Shown here: positions 28,728 to 37,737 of the stretch, in pieces
Numbering within the stretch: the first letter of the stretch is position 1
Layout: every line of letters starts with the position of its first letter
Origin: a virus
DNA length: 64,000 nucleotides
Direction: 5' to 3' (one strand)
Virus record (IMG/VR): IMGVR_UViG_3300043773_002546
Span: 133,310-197,309 of that record
Position numbers and translations under genes: made by a program
The notes under the pieces: model-generated
The model's database searches: none
Told to the model about the DNA's origin: nothing
What the model saw: only the letters and a program-made list of their open reading frames with translations

Positions 28728-28762
28728 GGGAGGGCGAGCGCCTTGTAAACGCTCGCCCTCCC
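28728..28762 (+). terminator. 13-bp perfect hairpin after the capsid gene (attenuator or mRNA stabiliser)
   Basis: GGGAGGGCGAGCG, 9-nt loop, CGCTCGCCCTCCC; no U-tract. Confidence 0.6.
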
Positions 28763-28787
28763 CGACCAAACCCAAGGAGCACATGTC

Positions 28788-29174
28788 ATGGATAATGTGA
28801 AGGTTGCGGCCGAGCAGGCGTATGGCACGATCGTGGCAAACCTGGCCGCGCCGTATTTTTTCGAGAAGCTTGCCGCGCACGGCGTTGAGCCGCGCTCGGA
28901 GCAGGAGGCCGCAGACATGTGGTCGGCTGCTCAGAAGCTTCACGTGCTCTACACGGCTGAGCAGGAGAAGGCAGCGGCGGTGAGCGCCTCGAACATGTCG
29001 GCTGTCAACAGCCGCCTGGACGAGATGCTCAAGGCGGCGGGCCTGAGCGAAGTCGAGGAGAAGACGTCCGCGTTCCACGGTGTTGCAGAGATTGCCGCTG
29101 AGCAGCCTGATATCGCGCAGGCTGTGCTGACGCTGCAGGCTGCTGCGGCCGCTGCGCTCAACGGCGCTGAGTGA
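28788..29174 (+). CDS. Small Ala-rich head-associated protein
   Basis: SD AAGGAG; KVAA, EKLAA, EKAAA, EKTSA motifs. Confidence 0.6.
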   Translation: MDNVKVAAEQAYGTIVANLAAPYFFEKLAAHGVEPRSEQEAADMWSAAQKLHVLYTAEQEKAAAVSASNMSAVNSRLDEMLKAAGLSEVEEKTSAFHGVAEIAAEQPDIAQAVLTLQAAAAAALNGAE

Positions 29175-29196
29175 TCAAGAAAGACTGGAGTTAACC

Positions 29197-29562
29197 ATGC
29201 CCTATACCCCTGTTACGACCGGCCTGTACACGACCGTCGAGAACACCTCCGGCTCGGCCAAGGTGTTTGGTTTCCTGGGTACGCACGGCAAGCGCCTCGC
29301 GGCGAACGAGACCTACACGGTCCCGGGCGACCTCGTGGCCAAGCTGGGCGGACAGAGGAGCCAGCGGAAGTTCAAGGCCCTGGAAGCCGCGCTGACGACT
29401 GGCGATCTTAAAATCGTCTCGTCGCCAGCCGTTTACCTCTACTCTGAGCAGAGCGAAGTCACACGTGAGCTGGCCCTGGACGGCCTTGTGCTCGGTACTG
29501 TCGACCCCCAGTGGGATCCGGCCGGTACTGGCACGAGCGACTGGGTCGATAACGACGACTGA
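29197..29562 (+). CDS. Hypothetical virion protein
   Basis: SD GGAG; 121 aa; followed by a terminator. Confidence 0.6.
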   Translation: MPYTPVTTGLYTTVENTSGSAKVFGFLGTHGKRLAANETYTVPGDLVAKLGGQRSQRKFKALEAALTTGDLKIVSSPAVYLYSEQSEVTRELALDGLVLGTVDPQWDPAGTGTSDWVDNDD

Positions 29563-29596
29563 AGCCAACTGCTCGGAAATTCCGACGAGTTCAACG

Positions 29597-29632
29597 AGAA
29601 GGCTGGCTGCGTAAGCGGCCAGCCTTCTTTTC
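29597..29632 (+). terminator. Rho-independent terminator closing the head operon
   Basis: AGAAGGCTGGCTGC, GTAA tetraloop, GCGGCCAGCCTTCT, then T-run. Confidence 0.8.
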
Positions 29633-29654
29633 TATATCAGCAGCGAGGTGAAAC

Positions 29655-30671
29655 ATGGTCGTGATCGCTACGCCGGATAACCACCCCATCGTGACGCCCT
29701 GCTGCGACCCCCAGCAGCTGCCAGGCAACCTCAACGCTGTGCCGTGCGCCGGGCAGAACGTCCTCAGCGCCACGGTCTCCGCGGACCGAGGGCTGCCCAT
29801 TCTTACGCGCATGCGCGCCGTGACGCTTACGCAGGGGCAGTGCGGCGTGGTCGCCTGGCAGATGCACGATAAGGACGGCCACCCAGTCGACCTTACGCCC
29901 TGCGGCCTGACAGAGAGCGAAGCGCCCGCGCAGCAGCTAAAAGTCGTCCTGCGTATGAAAGAGCAGCTCTCCTTGGGCAACGCCCGTCCGCCGCTGCAGG
30001 TCGACGCCAGCGTTGTGGACGCCTCCGAGGGCCGCGTCGAGGCCGATATTGAGTCCGGCATGACCGACTATCCGGGAATCTACTACGGCGAGATGTGCTT
30101 GGTGAGCACAGAGCTGGAGGCCAACGGCAAACCCTGCGTGGTTTTCTCGAACACTTTCTATGTGGTTGTGGCCCGCAGTACTTTTGGCGACGGCACCGGG
30201 GGCATGAATGGCCCGCCCAGCATCGCCGAGATTCGGCTGCATCTGCGCGACAGTGCTCCGGGTGAGAGCTACCTCCTGGACCACCTCATGTTTGACGACG
30301 CGGAGATTGCCTTGGCCATTGCACGCCCGGTCATGTACTGGAACGAGACGCCCCCGCCGCTGAATCAGAACTATACGACCCAGAACTTCCCTTTCCGCTA
30401 TCACTGGCTCGAGGGTATTTGCGCCAACTTGTTCTTCATGGTCGCTGAGCAGTACCGCCGCAACGATTTCCAGTATTCAGCCGCCGGGATGTCGATCAAC
30501 GACCAGAACAAGTCTCAAGCCTATGAGCAGGCTGGGCAGACCCGTTGGCAGGCTTTCCGTGAATGGGTGCGCGCCACGAAGGCTAGCATCAACCTGGAGA
30601 GCTGCTACGGCGAGGTCACGAGCACCTATAAGTACAGCGCCTATTCCAGCGGCCTGCGAATCCGCTATTAA
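29655..30671 (+). CDS. Putative head-tail adaptor (neck) protein with N-terminal beta domain
   Basis: SD GAGGTG; C-terminal helical domain (EIRLHLRD...FDDAEIALAI...YWNETPP) in the position and style of gp15-like adaptors. Confidence 0.55.
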   Translation: MVVIATPDNHPIVTPCCDPQQLPGNLNAVPCAGQNVLSATVSADRGLPILTRMRAVTLTQGQCGVVAWQMHDKDGHPVDLTPCGLTESEAPAQQLKVVLRMKEQLSLGNARPPLQVDASVVDASEGRVEADIESGMTDYPGIYYGEMCLVSTELEANGKPCVVFSNTFYVVVARSTFGDGTGGMNGPPSIAEIRLHLRDSAPGESYLLDHLMFDDAEIALAIARPVMYWNETPPPLNQNYTTQNFPFRYHWLEGICANLFFMVAEQYRRNDFQYSAAGMSINDQNKSQAYEQAGQTRWQAFREWVRATKASINLESCYGEVTSTYKYSAYSSGLRIRY

Positions 30672-30674
30672 CGC

Positions 30675-30692
30675 CCCATTGATATCAATGGG
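30675..30692. promoter_or_regulatory. 18-bp perfect palindrome CCCATTGATATCAATGGG (longest copy of a dispersed motif)
   Basis: Read directly in the intergenic gap. The core ATTGATATCAAT also occurs at 1107, 40772 and 52658. Confidence 0.6.
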
Positions 30693-30806
30693 CTAAATAA
30701 CAGCCAAAACCCGGGCATATTCAGTAAGCCCCCGGGTGCTGTTATCGAATGCGCATGTGTGCACATTCGGCGCCTGGTGGCGGGTCCTTGAACGGAGGTT
30801 TCGTTC

Positions 30807-31322
30807 ATGTTCGCGCGCGTTAAGTCCACGGTGAGTCAGCTCACCAACAAGATTGGTTTCGGCGCTGGCTGGGTCGCCGGTTACACGGTGGCCACCGGCA
30901 AGAAGGTTACGGAGAAGACGAGCGAGGCGGTGCAGGTCACCACGGCCCTCGCCGTCCGCACGGTTAACCAGGCGGCCAGCGCTACGGCGAAGGCCACCAA
31001 GACCGCGTCCGAGAAGGTCACCTCGACCGCCAAGAGCGCCTGGCAGGCTGTCGGCAAGACGGCCCGCTCGGCGCACAAGACGGTTGTTTGGGCGTGGCAC
31101 AATGTCGGTAGCTTCTGCCTGCGTCACCTGGATAAGGCGACGTGGGCGATGGTGATCGGCGTGGTCCTGTTGCTCGCTGTCTCGCAGCCCGCGTCCGCCC
31201 TGTTGGTCGGCGCGGTGCTGTACAACGCGGGCTTGCTGTGCGCCCTGGTCGGCATGATCTACCTGGCCTATCTCGTGACGCACGCGTCATGGGAGTACGA
31301 CCCGGCCCCGTCCGTCGCCTAA
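30807..31322 (+). CDS. Membrane protein with Ala/Thr/Lys-rich amphipathic N-terminus (island gene 1)
   Basis: SD ACGGAGG; two or three C-terminal hydrophobic helices. Confidence 0.7.
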   Translation: MFARVKSTVSQLTNKIGFGAGWVAGYTVATGKKVTEKTSEAVQVTTALAVRTVNQAASATAKATKTASEKVTSTAKSAWQAVGKTARSAHKTVVWAWHNVGSFCLRHLDKATWAMVIGVVLLLAVSQPASALLVGAVLYNAGLLCALVGMIYLAYLVTHASWEYDPAPSVA

Positions 31323-31365
31323 CCAGCGACCCTGCTGTCGCCGCCTGACCCGCGGCTTTTCGCGC

Positions 31366-31410
31366 GCGACCCCGGGGGAGCCCAGCCCCCGGGGCGTGTC
31401 GCTTTTTCTT
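31366..31410 (+). terminator. Rho-independent terminator
   Basis: CCCCGGGGG, 7-nt loop, CCCCCGGGG, outer GCGAC/GTCGC pairing, then TTTTTCTT. Confidence 0.75.
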
Positions 31411-31436
31411 ACCTTTCACACCCCAAGGAGCTTGTT

Positions 31437-32003
31437 ATGAAACGTGTCTTCTGGACGATATGGTTCGTGTTTGGTGTCTTGCTGCTGGCCGAGTGGGCCC
31501 GAGCCGAAGACGCCACAACTCGCCAGCTCCGCGAGGTGCTGGAAGAGAACATGACGGCTTGCACCGAAGAGGACCTTCCCCGACTCATGAAAACCATGAG
31601 CGCGGAGATGCCAAACCGGGAGCTGTTCACGGAGCAGTGCGAGAAAGAGTGGGCGGATCACAACATCTACTACCGCCTGGTTGACGTAAAAATCGTCAAG
31701 CAGGCGCGGTGGAAGCCGCCCTACGTCGTGGCTACTGTGACCGAGGAGCAGCGCGAATACAGCCCCGAAGAAGACCAGGAAAAGCAGCCCGTTGAGGATC
31801 TCTCCCACGCCATGTCGATCCGGACTAAAACCCCGGTGACGCAGAGCGAGTACCTCTTCAAGCGTGAAGGAGGCAAATGGAAGATCGTCGCCGGTATCTC
31901 CGAGGAGCGAGTCGTTGAGCCCGCTGCGGTGATCCAGGTCGGCAACGGCAACTGCCGCAACGGCCGCTGCGACAAGTCCAAGGTCCAGAGCGTTTTCAAG
32001 TAA
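31437..32003 (+). CDS. Secreted protein, possibly NTF2/SnoaL-like fold (island gene 2)
   Basis: SD AAGGAG; signal peptide ending ARA-ED; EDLPRLMKTMS and YLFKREGGKWKI patterns; C-terminal NCRNGRC. Confidence 0.6.
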   Translation: MKRVFWTIWFVFGVLLLAEWARAEDATTRQLREVLEENMTACTEEDLPRLMKTMSAEMPNRELFTEQCEKEWADHNIYYRLVDVKIVKQARWKPPYVVATVTEEQREYSPEEDQEKQPVEDLSHAMSIRTKTPVTQSEYLFKREGGKWKIVAGISEERVVEPAAVIQVGNGNCRNGRCDKSKVQSVFK

Positions 32004-32052
32004 GAGCGTTAACGCCCGGGGGTTCGCGCCCCCGGGCCCCGCGCTCTTTCTT
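32002..32052 (+). terminator. Rho-independent terminator
   Basis: GCCCGGGGG, TTCGCG loop, CCCCCGGGC, outer AAGAGCG/CGCTCTT pairing, then T-rich run. Confidence 0.7.
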
Positions 32053-32072
32053 AGCTATCAGCGCCTAAGCGC

Positions 32073-32078
32073 TATAAT
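32073..32078 (+). promoter_or_regulatory. Putative -10 box TATAAT for a leaderless transcript
   Basis: GCTATAATC; ATG 32085 starts 7 nt after the hexamer; no SD upstream. Confidence 0.5.
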
Positions 32079-32084
32079 CAGGCC

Positions 32085-33320
32085 ATGTCTCAGCAACGCC
32101 TATTTCCGTTTCGCCGCGTCTCTGTCGACAACATGATCCGCGGCGTAACGCGGGTCTGGTGGCAGCTGGAACCGTTGTTTAACGATCCCGGCCCGTACGT
32201 TTTTCAGCTGCAGTACGGCAACACCGGCATTCCCAACTCGCCCGACTGGCACAACGTCGGCAGCCCGGTCCTCGACGGCTACATGGCCTACGACGAGGAA
32301 TGGCGGCACTCCGGCAGCGCTCTTTTAACCCATTACAGGGTCACGCTTACCACGCCCAAGGACACCTACGTCTCGCAGCCCGTCAACTGCTTTGGCGAGA
32401 TTGACGAGCGCGACTGGGTGTTAGCCCGCGAGGTGATTCGGCGCGAGCAGCTCCGGCACAAGTATGTCTCAGTTTCCGGTTTTCTTATTAAGCCCTATCG
32501 GTTCGGGCGACCTTGCAAACGCTGTCGGGATGCTCTGACCCAAGAAGTACTTGATTCAAATTGCCCGGTCTGCGGCGGCACGGGTTTTGAGGTCGGTTAC
32601 CACCCGGCGCTGCCCATGCAGTGCTGGGACCTGAGCCCGCAAACGATCTCTGAGCAGCAAGACAACAATATGAAGGGCACGACTCGCGATAACGCCGAGG
32701 TCCAAGCCCGCGTGATCGGTTGGCCCGCGATCAACCGCAACGACATCTGGGTAAACGGCAAAAGCGACGAACGCTGGCTTGTGCACCAGATTCAGGTAGC
32801 CGCCGCCATGCGGGGCGTGCCGCTGATCTACAACATCCAGATGGGCCTAATTCCGTTTTCCAGCCCGATTTACGAACTTGAAGTCGGCGGCGAGGAAGCT
32901 GCCCGCCCCGGGCCGGTTCTGCCGGTCATCGGTTGCGGGTCGGTGCTCATTAATCACGACTACGGCGGAGCTGACGCGCTAGCGTATCGTGACGCCACGG
33001 ACTGCCCGGTAGTCGGCGCCGGGGTGTACGTGTTCACTCAAACAGTCTTTGACGCCGCCTATCCGGATTTCCCGGCACTCGACGACGCCGTGGCGGTGAC
33101 CACGACCCGCGCTAATGGGCGCTGGACTGACGCTTTGCGCGTGAACCCCGGCCAGTACGTAATTCTTTTCGAGAAGCCGGGAGAATACGGGCCTGACACG
33201 GCGGCAGTAACCGTGACGCCTGGCAGCAGCGTGCCGAACACGCTGCCTATGACAGCGGCCCCAAATACGCCACCGGTTTCACAGGCAACGCAAACAAAGA
33301 ACGATTTCTGGGACGTTTAA
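32085..33320 (+). CDS. Putative neck or head-closure protein with inserted zinc finger
   Basis: CKRC...CPVCGGTGF; beta-rich flanks; lies between the adaptor-like gene and the tail genes. Confidence 0.5.
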   Translation: MSQQRLFPFRRVSVDNMIRGVTRVWWQLEPLFNDPGPYVFQLQYGNTGIPNSPDWHNVGSPVLDGYMAYDEEWRHSGSALLTHYRVTLTTPKDTYVSQPVNCFGEIDERDWVLAREVIRREQLRHKYVSVSGFLIKPYRFGRPCKRCRDALTQEVLDSNCPVCGGTGFEVGYHPALPMQCWDLSPQTISEQQDNNMKGTTRDNAEVQARVIGWPAINRNDIWVNGKSDERWLVHQIQVAAAMRGVPLIYNIQMGLIPFSSPIYELEVGGEEAARPGPVLPVIGCGSVLINHDYGGADALAYRDATDCPVVGAGVYVFTQTVFDAAYPDFPALDDAVAVTTTRANGRWTDALRVNPGQYVILFEKPGEYGPDTAAVTVTPGSSVPNTLPMTAAPNTPPVSQATQTKNDFWDV

Positions 33321-33350
33321 TAGCGTGTTTTCGTTAAACTGTGTAATCTT

Positions 33351-33539
33351 ATGGAAGCCGACAAAGACGAAGCCGACGATAACCAGAAAAAAGACCGGCG
33401 GTTAAAGTTGACCGCGCCAAAGATAGCGCTGTTTCCCAAAAAGTACCGCCTGACGCAGCAAACAAAACTGTACGACCCCAAAGCCAAGGACGGCTTGCGT
33501 GAGTACCTGCGACGACTCCCCAAACCCGCCGGAAGTTGA
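33351..33539 (+). CDS. Possible small basic protein
   Basis: 62-aa ORF filling the gap; overlaps the next gene by 41 nt; no clear SD. Confidence 0.3.
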   Translation: MEADKDEADDNQKKDRRLKLTAPKIALFPKKYRLTQQTKLYDPKAKDGLREYLRRLPKPAGS

Positions 33540-34212
33540 AGCGCAATTCCCCGAGGGCAGCGCTCCGGATCGGCGTGTTAACAAAGTCAGCGCTCTGTGC
33601 TCATACGGCATGCGCCCGCACGTGATGACGGGCTTGCTGCGGCAGTTGCTCTTGCAGCTGTTTGCCGACCCGCAAAACATCGAGGAGCCGAGGCTCCGCC
33701 GTCAGTTAGAGAACCTGGGCGCCTGGAAACCGTCTGATAACGGTTTGAACCAAGGCGGTATTTTGATAGAAAGTATTACGCGCTGGCAGCCCGCAACAGC
33801 GGACAAGCGCCCTGCGATTTTAATTAAACGCAACGCGTGGCGCTGGCAGCGACAAGGCCTGGGCGATCAGGCAGGCGGCAACATTTTTGAAGGGTCCTCG
33901 AATTACGTTGGGCTTTGGGAAGGCAGCCACACGCTGTTTTGCCTCTGTCCCAGCGGCGCCGAGGCAGAGTTTCTGTCCACGGAGGTGGTCAGGTTTTTAC
34001 ATGAGTTCGCCCCCTGGATACGCGACCAGATGCACCTGCACAGGTTTCTGGTCGCGGAAATCGGCGGGGTTGGCGAAGTCCAAGAGGTGTTACAGGGTTA
34101 CGCCGTCCCTGTAACCGTTGCGTACATGGCCGAGGAGGCCTGGACCCTCCAGCCGTACGCGCCGCGTTTGAAGCGGATTGTCTTTCGGGCGTCCGATTTA
34201 TTGTCGTACTAA
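33499..34212 (+). CDS. Putative tail terminator or completion protein
   Basis: 237 aa alpha/beta protein immediately upstream of the sheath gene (RPAILIKR motif); call rests mostly on gene order. Confidence 0.5.
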   Translation: MSTCDDSPNPPEVEAQFPEGSAPDRRVNKVSALCSYGMRPHVMTGLLRQLLLQLFADPQNIEEPRLRRQLENLGAWKPSDNGLNQGGILIESITRWQPATADKRPAILIKRNAWRWQRQGLGDQAGGNIFEGSSNYVGLWEGSHTLFCLCPSGAEAEFLSTEVVRFLHEFAPWIRDQMHLHRFLVAEIGGVGEVQEVLQGYAVPVTVAYMAEEAWTLQPYAPRLKRIVFRASDLLSY

Positions 34213-34251
34213 AATTTCACTGAGGTCTATTTTTTGCGCAGGCGGGTTTAC

Positions 34252-34257
34252 TACAAT
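34252..34257 (+). promoter_or_regulatory. Possible -10 box TACAAT upstream of the sheath gene
   Basis: TTTACTACAAT in an AT-rich gap resembles TTTGCTATAAT at 3857. Confidence 0.35.
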
Positions 34258-34304
34258 ACCCACTAGCGCGCAATCCACGCATTTACGGCACGGAGGCCAC
34301 GAGC

Positions 34305-37124
34305 ATGTCGAGCTACGTCAAACCACAGGTTCTTGTTTTCCAGGAATTCCGCATCGTCCCCACGGAGATCACTGAGCCGCTGCGCGCTCACGTCTCCGGC
34401 CCGCACGCGATTCTCCATCGCTACAGCGACTCGGACGAGAAGAAGCTGTGCAAGCTCGGTCTGTATGACCGACTGAACGACACCTTCTACTCGTGGCCCG
34501 ACCGCATGGCCGGTTCGCGCGTCGACGACAGCTACGTCAAGGTGTTCATCGACGACGCCGAACTGCTTTATTACGAGCACACCATTGGTCAGATCGAGAC
34601 GACCATCACGGCCGTCTCCGGCAAGACCAACTGGATCGAGTCCAGCGACCTGTCTTTCAAGAGCAACGGCGCCGCCTACCCGCGTAGCGCCGTGTTTAAC
34701 GACCGCGACGTGCAGCTTGGTGACCGGGTCCACCTTCGCGCGGTGGACGTCGAAGACGACTGCACCGAGTACACACTGGACACCTACGTCACCGGTTTCG
34801 CCAGCGAGCTGGTGCCCGCGGAGGTCGAAGCGGCCCGCACTGAAGACAACAACCAGGCTACGGTTACCAACACCGGTTCTTACGTTAAGGTTGGCGGCCC
34901 GGACAATTGCGTGGACATCAGCGCTGCCGACTATAGCGATTACGACGGCCTCGTCGACGGCGACGTTGAAGAGGAGTACACGATCGAGGTTGTTAAGAGC
35001 TCGATCGCCGGTTGCACCGCCGCCCGTCTGCGCGTGACTAGCGCCAGCGGCAACGACGACGTGGCCGAAGTGACCCCCGAGGATTGGGGCGTTCCGACCG
35101 AGATCGGCACCCGCGGCCTGACGGTGACGTTCGACTACGACCCGGGCGCGGGTTGCTCAACCAGCGCTGAAGAAGACGGCGTCGATCCGGATATTTTCGT
35201 GACTGGCCAGAAGTGGCGCGTCACTGTGTCGCAGGCTTACACGGCTGTAAACGCCACCAGCGGCGGCGACTACGACGGCGAGAAGAACGACATCTACGTT
35301 GTCGAGTGCACCAAGGGCGGCGTGTGGGCTGATCTCCCCGAGGTCATGGTCCGCACGGTGAAGGGCCTGGACTTCTCCGGCCCGACCGAAGTGACTGACG
35401 ACAACGTGTTCGTGTCGATCGGCACGCACGGCGTGGAGATTAAGTTCCACGGCGCCAGCGTTGGCAATTCCGTTCCGGGTCTGCGTAAGGGCGACAAGTG
35501 GTACATCACGGTGGTCTCGAGCAAGGCGGGCCCGGTCCGCAAGCTCATCCTTCGCGACGATATTCCACAGCAGATCGCCAGCGCTGAGGACATGGACCTG
35601 CGCCTTTACATTGTTGACAACATCCAGGTTTCCAAGAACCGGGTGGGTTACGCGCCGACTACGAACTGGGAGACCGAGGCCACGCAGATCAACGTCAAGG
35701 AAGGCATCATTGCCTATCATCCTGAGTGGACGGACAGCGGCGTTGAGCAGCCTCTTGAGGTCCGCGGCGGCATGGTGTACGTCGAGTACCGCGAATGGCT
35801 CAGCGAACTGGCCGACGAGGTCAACGCGATCAGCGACGTGGCCGACATTGGCGTGATCAAGGGCCAGCTGCACCCGGACAACCCGCTGAAGTGGGGCGTT
35901 TACAAGGCGTTGGCCAACTCCAACGGCACCGCGGTGAAGTACACCGCCGTGGCCGAACACACCGACCTGGATAGCTGGGTTGAGGTGTTGGAGCGCATCA
36001 AGGGCCGCGACGACCTTTACAACCTCGTCCCGATGACCTTCGACGTGCGCGTGCATAACCTTTATGCCGCTCACATCGATGCCGAGTCGAACGAGTACGC
36101 CAACAATTGGAAGAGCGGTTTCTTCGCGCTGGCCGCGGAGCCCGTCAAGAAGATCGTGGGCGAGGGCGCGACGATCGGCGGCGTGTCAGGCAATGTGGTG
36201 GAAGACCCGGTTCTGGCAACCCTTGCCGACGATCCGGACGCTACCAACACCCAGTACACCCGTTTGACGGTCACGTCGGGCAACGGCTACTTCATCGCCA
36301 ATGAGGTCCAGGCGGGCGACATCGTTCGTTACAACTACACCGTCGACGGCTTCGGCGAGGAGCAGTACGAGGAGTACGTGGTTGACCAGGTGGTGTCGGA
36401 AAACACGCTGCTGCTTTACACCGGCGCAGACAATGCAGTCACAGAGCCGCAGCGCGTCGAGGTTTACCATAACCTCAACCGCAACGAGGTTGCTGAGGAC
36501 ATTGCCACGCGTGCCGGTGCGTTCAGCGACCGTCGCGTGTGCGCCGTGTGGCCCGATCAGGTCGGCGAAGCGGGCACCCTGCAGCCGGGTTATTACCTGG
36601 CGGCCGCGCTGGCCGGTTTGGCTTCGGGCGTTGTGCCCCACCAGCCGCTGACCAACGTGGAGGTGGCGGGCTTCGATGACTTCACCCGTAGCTACAAGTA
36701 CTTCAACGAGACCCAGCTCAACCGCATGGCGGAGGCAGGAGTGTGGATTGTGACGGAGGACAAGGACGGCACGCCGCACACGCGGCACGCGCTGACGACG
36801 GACAACCTCGACCTGAATCGTCGGGAAGAGATGATCCGCCGCAACGTGGACTCGATGTCTTACCTGTTCCTGCGTCGTCTGCGTCCGTACATCGGCCGCA
36901 CCAACGCCACGCCGCGGATGGTGACCCTCCTGGGCACCGAGGTGACGAAGTTGATTGACTTCTTCAAGAACAATGGCAACACCGCCGAGCTCGGCGGCCA
37001 GCTCATCGACGGAACCGTGCGGACCCTGCGGATTCACCCGCTGCTCCGCGATCGTATCGAGATTGTTCTTGACCTGACGGTTCCGGCTCCGCTCAATAAC
37101 ATTGAGCTCCACTTGGTCGTCTGA
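34305..37124 (+). CDS. Contractile tail sheath protein
   Basis: 939 aa; sheath-type C-terminus (HALTT...EEMIRRNVD...YIGRTN...DLTVPAPLNNIELHL); followed by a tube-sized gene. Confidence 0.85.
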   Translation: MSSYVKPQVLVFQEFRIVPTEITEPLRAHVSGPHAILHRYSDSDEKKLCKLGLYDRLNDTFYSWPDRMAGSRVDDSYVKVFIDDAELLYYEHTIGQIETTITAVSGKTNWIESSDLSFKSNGAAYPRSAVFNDRDVQLGDRVHLRAVDVEDDCTEYTLDTYVTGFASELVPAEVEAARTEDNNQATVTNTGSYVKVGGPDNCVDISAADYSDYDGLVDGDVEEEYTIEVVKSSIAGCTAARLRVTSASGNDDVAEVTPEDWGVPTEIGTRGLTVTFDYDPGAGCSTSAEEDGVDPDIFVTGQKWRVTVSQAYTAVNATSGGDYDGEKNDIYVVECTKGGVWADLPEVMVRTVKGLDFSGPTEVTDDNVFVSIGTHGVEIKFHGASVGNSVPGLRKGDKWYITVVSSKAGPVRKLILRDDIPQQIASAEDMDLRLYIVDNIQVSKNRVGYAPTTNWETEATQINVKEGIIAYHPEWTDSGVEQPLEVRGGMVYVEYREWLSELADEVNAISDVADIGVIKGQLHPDNPLKWGVYKALANSNGTAVKYTAVAEHTDLDSWVEVLERIKGRDDLYNLVPMTFDVRVHNLYAAHIDAESNEYANNWKSGFFALAAEPVKKIVGEGATIGGVSGNVVEDPVLATLADDPDATNTQYTRLTVTSGNGYFIANEVQAGDIVRYNYTVDGFGEEQYEEYVVDQVVSENTLLLYTGADNAVTEPQRVEVYHNLNRNEVAEDIATRAGAFSDRRVCAVWPDQVGEAGTLQPGYYLAAALAGLASGVVPHQPLTNVEVAGFDDFTRSYKYFNETQLNRMAEAGVWIVTEDKDGTPHTRHALTTDNLDLNRREEMIRRNVDSMSYLFLRRLRPYIGRTNATPRMVTLLGTEVTKLIDFFKNNGNTAELGGQLIDGTVRTLRIHPLLRDRIEIVLDLTVPAPLNNIELHLVV

Positions 37125-37142
37125 ACTAGGAGAACTTAACAC

Positions 37143-37613
37143 ATGGCAAAGAGCGTATTTAGCCCGACAGGCGGTAGAGACCAGTACCACGGCGGGTCGT
37201 TCCGTGCTGACGACGTCACCCTGAATTGGACGGGTGGCGGCGCCAAGGACGGGGCCCTTGTTCAGCGTGCCGAGTGGAGGTGCCAGCGCATCATCCAGAC
37301 GATCTACGAGATCGGCTCGGTGGCTGTGTACTACGTCGGTAACCGCCGCCAGGGCACGGCGACCTTCAGCCGTATCGTGACGGGCAATAACCAGTTCAAG
37401 GAGTTCGCTAAGAAGTTTGGCGACATCTGCAAGCCGGAAAACTTGGAGATCGACGCCAAGCAGGCCGGTTGCGGCGAGAACGTGACGGCGGGCGGCGTGA
37501 AGTACACGCTGGTTGATTCCCTGCTTACGGAACTCGGCGCGTCGGTGACGGCGCAGGAAGTCGTGATCACGGAAAACATGGGCTTTCAGTTTATCGACCT
37601 GTACTACGAGTGA
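37143..37613 (+). CDS. Tail tube protein
   Basis: 156 aa beta-rich, directly after the sheath, SD AGGAG, followed by a hairpin. Confidence 0.75.
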   Translation: MAKSVFSPTGGRDQYHGGSFRADDVTLNWTGGGAKDGALVQRAEWRCQRIIQTIYEIGSVAVYYVGNRRQGTATFSRIVTGNNQFKEFAKKFGDICKPENLEIDAKQAGCGENVTAGGVKYTLVDSLLTELGASVTAQEVVITENMGFQFIDLYYE

Positions 37614-37644
37614 TCGTGGCGCAGCCGGTTGTTTGAGACCAACG

Positions 37645-37677
37645 AACGGCGGTTGCGCCTAGCGCAACCGCCGTTTA
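37645..37677 (+). terminator. 14-bp hairpin after the tail tube gene
   Basis: AACGGCGGTTGCGC, CTA loop, GCGCAACCGCCGTT. Confidence 0.7.
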
Positions 37678-37737
37678 TGGTATTAGGCGCAAGCCTGGGG
37701 CTTCGGCCCGTAACCTCACCATTTTTGGTGGTAATTC

